A DNA stretch of 64,000 nucleotides, taken from Camelus dromedarius. Taxonomy: Eukaryota. Location: NCBI RefSeq assembly GCF_036321535.1, contig NC_087436.1:52764001-52828000 (forward strand), given 5' to 3'. Position numbers and translations under genes: made by a program. The number at the start of each line of letters is the position of its first letter. Positions within the stretch are counted from its first letter, which is position 1. The notes beneath the pieces are model-generated. The model was not told the DNA's origin, searched no databases, and saw only the letters and a program-made list of their open reading frames with translations. Below are positions 62,045 through 64,000 of this stretch, in pieces.

Positions 62045-63704
62045 ACTGGCAAAACTACACTGATGAGCAAGGGAACATCTCACACAAAATTCAAGGTACT
62101 GGTGTCCTCTGGTGGGTAGTGGGGAGGGGAAAGCATTAAGGAGGGGCACACAGGGCACATCTAAGGCACTGGAATGTTCTTTTTCTTAAGACAGGTGGTG
62201 GGGACACAAGCATTCATTTTATTAACATTATCAAATTGTACAAAATACCTACTACTCTATGTGTTAAGTTTTACAATTAAAAGTTGGAAATAAAAAAAAG
62301 TTACAGTGAAAGGTTTCAAGCCAGAGAGTCCAAATCTTTAGGGAAAGTCAAGACACTTTAAAGGAGGAGGAGAAAATCAATCTCATGGCTCAAGGACAAA
62401 GGCGCTGTTAGCTCCTGGGACAGGATCCCCGTGCAGAGAGGCAAAAGAGGCGGTCAGACCCAGAGACCCCGAAGATGAGGTGACAGACTGCTCATTCCGC
62501 AGTCTGCGATTCTTTAAACAGCTCTGATTTAGAAGGAATTGATAATTATTACACATATATATTAGTTTTTCTGGATTTTGACTCAAACTATATGACTTTG
62601 AGCAAATTGATTTAGGGCACTGTTACTTAGTAGAAGTCTAGATAATCAGAATATGGGATATCCAAGAAAGGAAATTCAAACCTGGATTCCAGAAGAATGT
62701 ATCTGCATTTCAAATAGAGACAGGGACTGTGTCCTTGGGACTACATCAAACTGCTACCAAGCATCCACTGAAAACCAGGGCAGGAAGGAGGGGTGGAAAG
62801 AAACATGGCGATGTCTGAAGAGAGCCCTTTGGAAAAACATTGCATGGACTCTCACTCAGCATTGAAATTCCTTAATGATTCTATTGTACTGCATGATGGA
62901 ACATCTTAATGCAGCAGAATGCTACTATGTGTGTTATAGTTTAGCTACGTTCATTGAGGACTGATAAAATCTAAACCAGAATCTGTGATAAAGATAGAAA
63001 ATAGGTTTTGCAAGTGGATTTTTATCCAGAGAATGAAATGGCCACAGGATGGCAGTAAAAGGTAAGCGATAAGGATAAGCCATGTCTTTCACGGATCCTT
63101 AAAAGCCCTTAAAAGTGTTTTAAGATATACGAAGCTTCGAGTGGTTGAATATAACCTGGGTACTATTCTTAGAATTAGATCTAGAAACAAACAAAAACTC
63201 CTAAATACTAGAATTCTTCGACTAAAATTGGTTTCCTCGAGTGTTTTCCATGCCCAATTTATGATGATGACACCTTAAAGATTCCATGCCTCTTATACCT
63301 CTATCTTAAAGTTTGAACCAATATTATTACAAGTAAATTATAAAGTAACTAAGTTATGTCTTAAAGGGAATTCAAAAGTCTATGGCAAGCTTTCCACCTC
63401 AGTTTCCCTTGAGTTCTCCACCCTGGATGCTCTTCCTCTGCCCTCATCCTATTTCCAATCGAAGTCATTAATCAGCTCAAAAACACATTTTTAAAGGTCC
63501 TCTGCTCACTTTGAAAATGATCCTTGGATTCCAAATCTTGGCTTAAATCATCTGCCTGGTGAAATCTTCATACTCATAAATGTAAATGAAGCTCACTAAT
63601 GTACTCCCAATTTTAACTCTTCTGAAGTCATCACATCAGAGCTGATGTGCAAACAGCCAGTGAAGGAGCTTTAATACAAAGGAACTCTTATCAAAGGATT
63701 ATCA

Positions 63705-63860
63705 ACTATGTGCTACATATGTAAAGCACACACTGGATTTCAAAGATTTTGTATGGAAAAAGGACTGTAAATTGTCTCATATTTTGCATATTGTAATAGA
63801 AATTATGATATTTTATGCATATCAGATTAAATGAAAACATTGTTAAAAATTTTTTTTAAA
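63705..63860. mobile_element. MER33 hAT MITE fragment
   Basis: tgtaaagcacacactggatttcaaagattttgtatggaaaaaggactgtaaa. Confidence 0.7.
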
Positions 63861-64000
63861 GAAATACCAAAGATAATCTTGATCAGGAGAACCATGAATT
63901 ATGGGACAAAGGTTGGGCGCAAGATGCATGTTCATTAATTTGTTCTACATAAATTTTTCCATGAATGCAAGGTGCCAGGCAGTGTGACTTGTGCTGGAGA

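Larger units (their letters stand above)
59700..62300 (+). mobile_element. Fragmented L1ME-type element (59700-60965 and 62045-62300) split by an LTR
   Basis: ORF 60340-60522 KDTNGYLREEEILMMNKYIKRCPDSLVIR is an L1 ORF2 remnant; 3' UTR ggaatgttctttttcttaagacaggtggtgg. Confidence 0.75.

Noticed and set aside
1..64000. CRISPR array, operon or prokaryote-type defence system
   Set aside because: Mammalian repeat-rich DNA with no regularly spaced direct repeats and no long ORFs.

Overview
This is repeat-rich mammalian non-coding DNA (intergenic or intronic), most likely camelid: three tRNA-derived SINEs match my recollection of the Camelidae vic-1 family. I found no credible protein-coding exon, tRNA or rRNA gene, or CRISPR array. 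The listed ORFs are repeat remnants or chance frames. Roughly half the window or more is recognisable transposon relics: MIR, L2, L3/CR1, L1/HAL1, MaLR/ERVL/ERV1 solo LTRs and hAT-Charlie elements. All family names come from remembered consensus sequences, not a database search. The most interesting structures are: (1) an L1 at 50913-51728 whose target-site duplication (TSD) also encloses ~110 bp of non-L1 sequence and a second poly(A), i.e. a likely 3' transduction; (2) a tailless SINE with a perfect 19-bp TSD and intact Pol III boxes, fused in sense to an L1 3' UTR with no TTTT terminator until after the L1 poly(A) signal; (3) a Charlie1a transposon carrying several nested insertions; (4) an orphan CpG-rich segment at ~43.2-44.3 kb with a G-quadruplex motif; and (5) repeat-free, motif-dense candidate enhancers and CTCF-like motifs. 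I found no evidence for a new multi-gene system.
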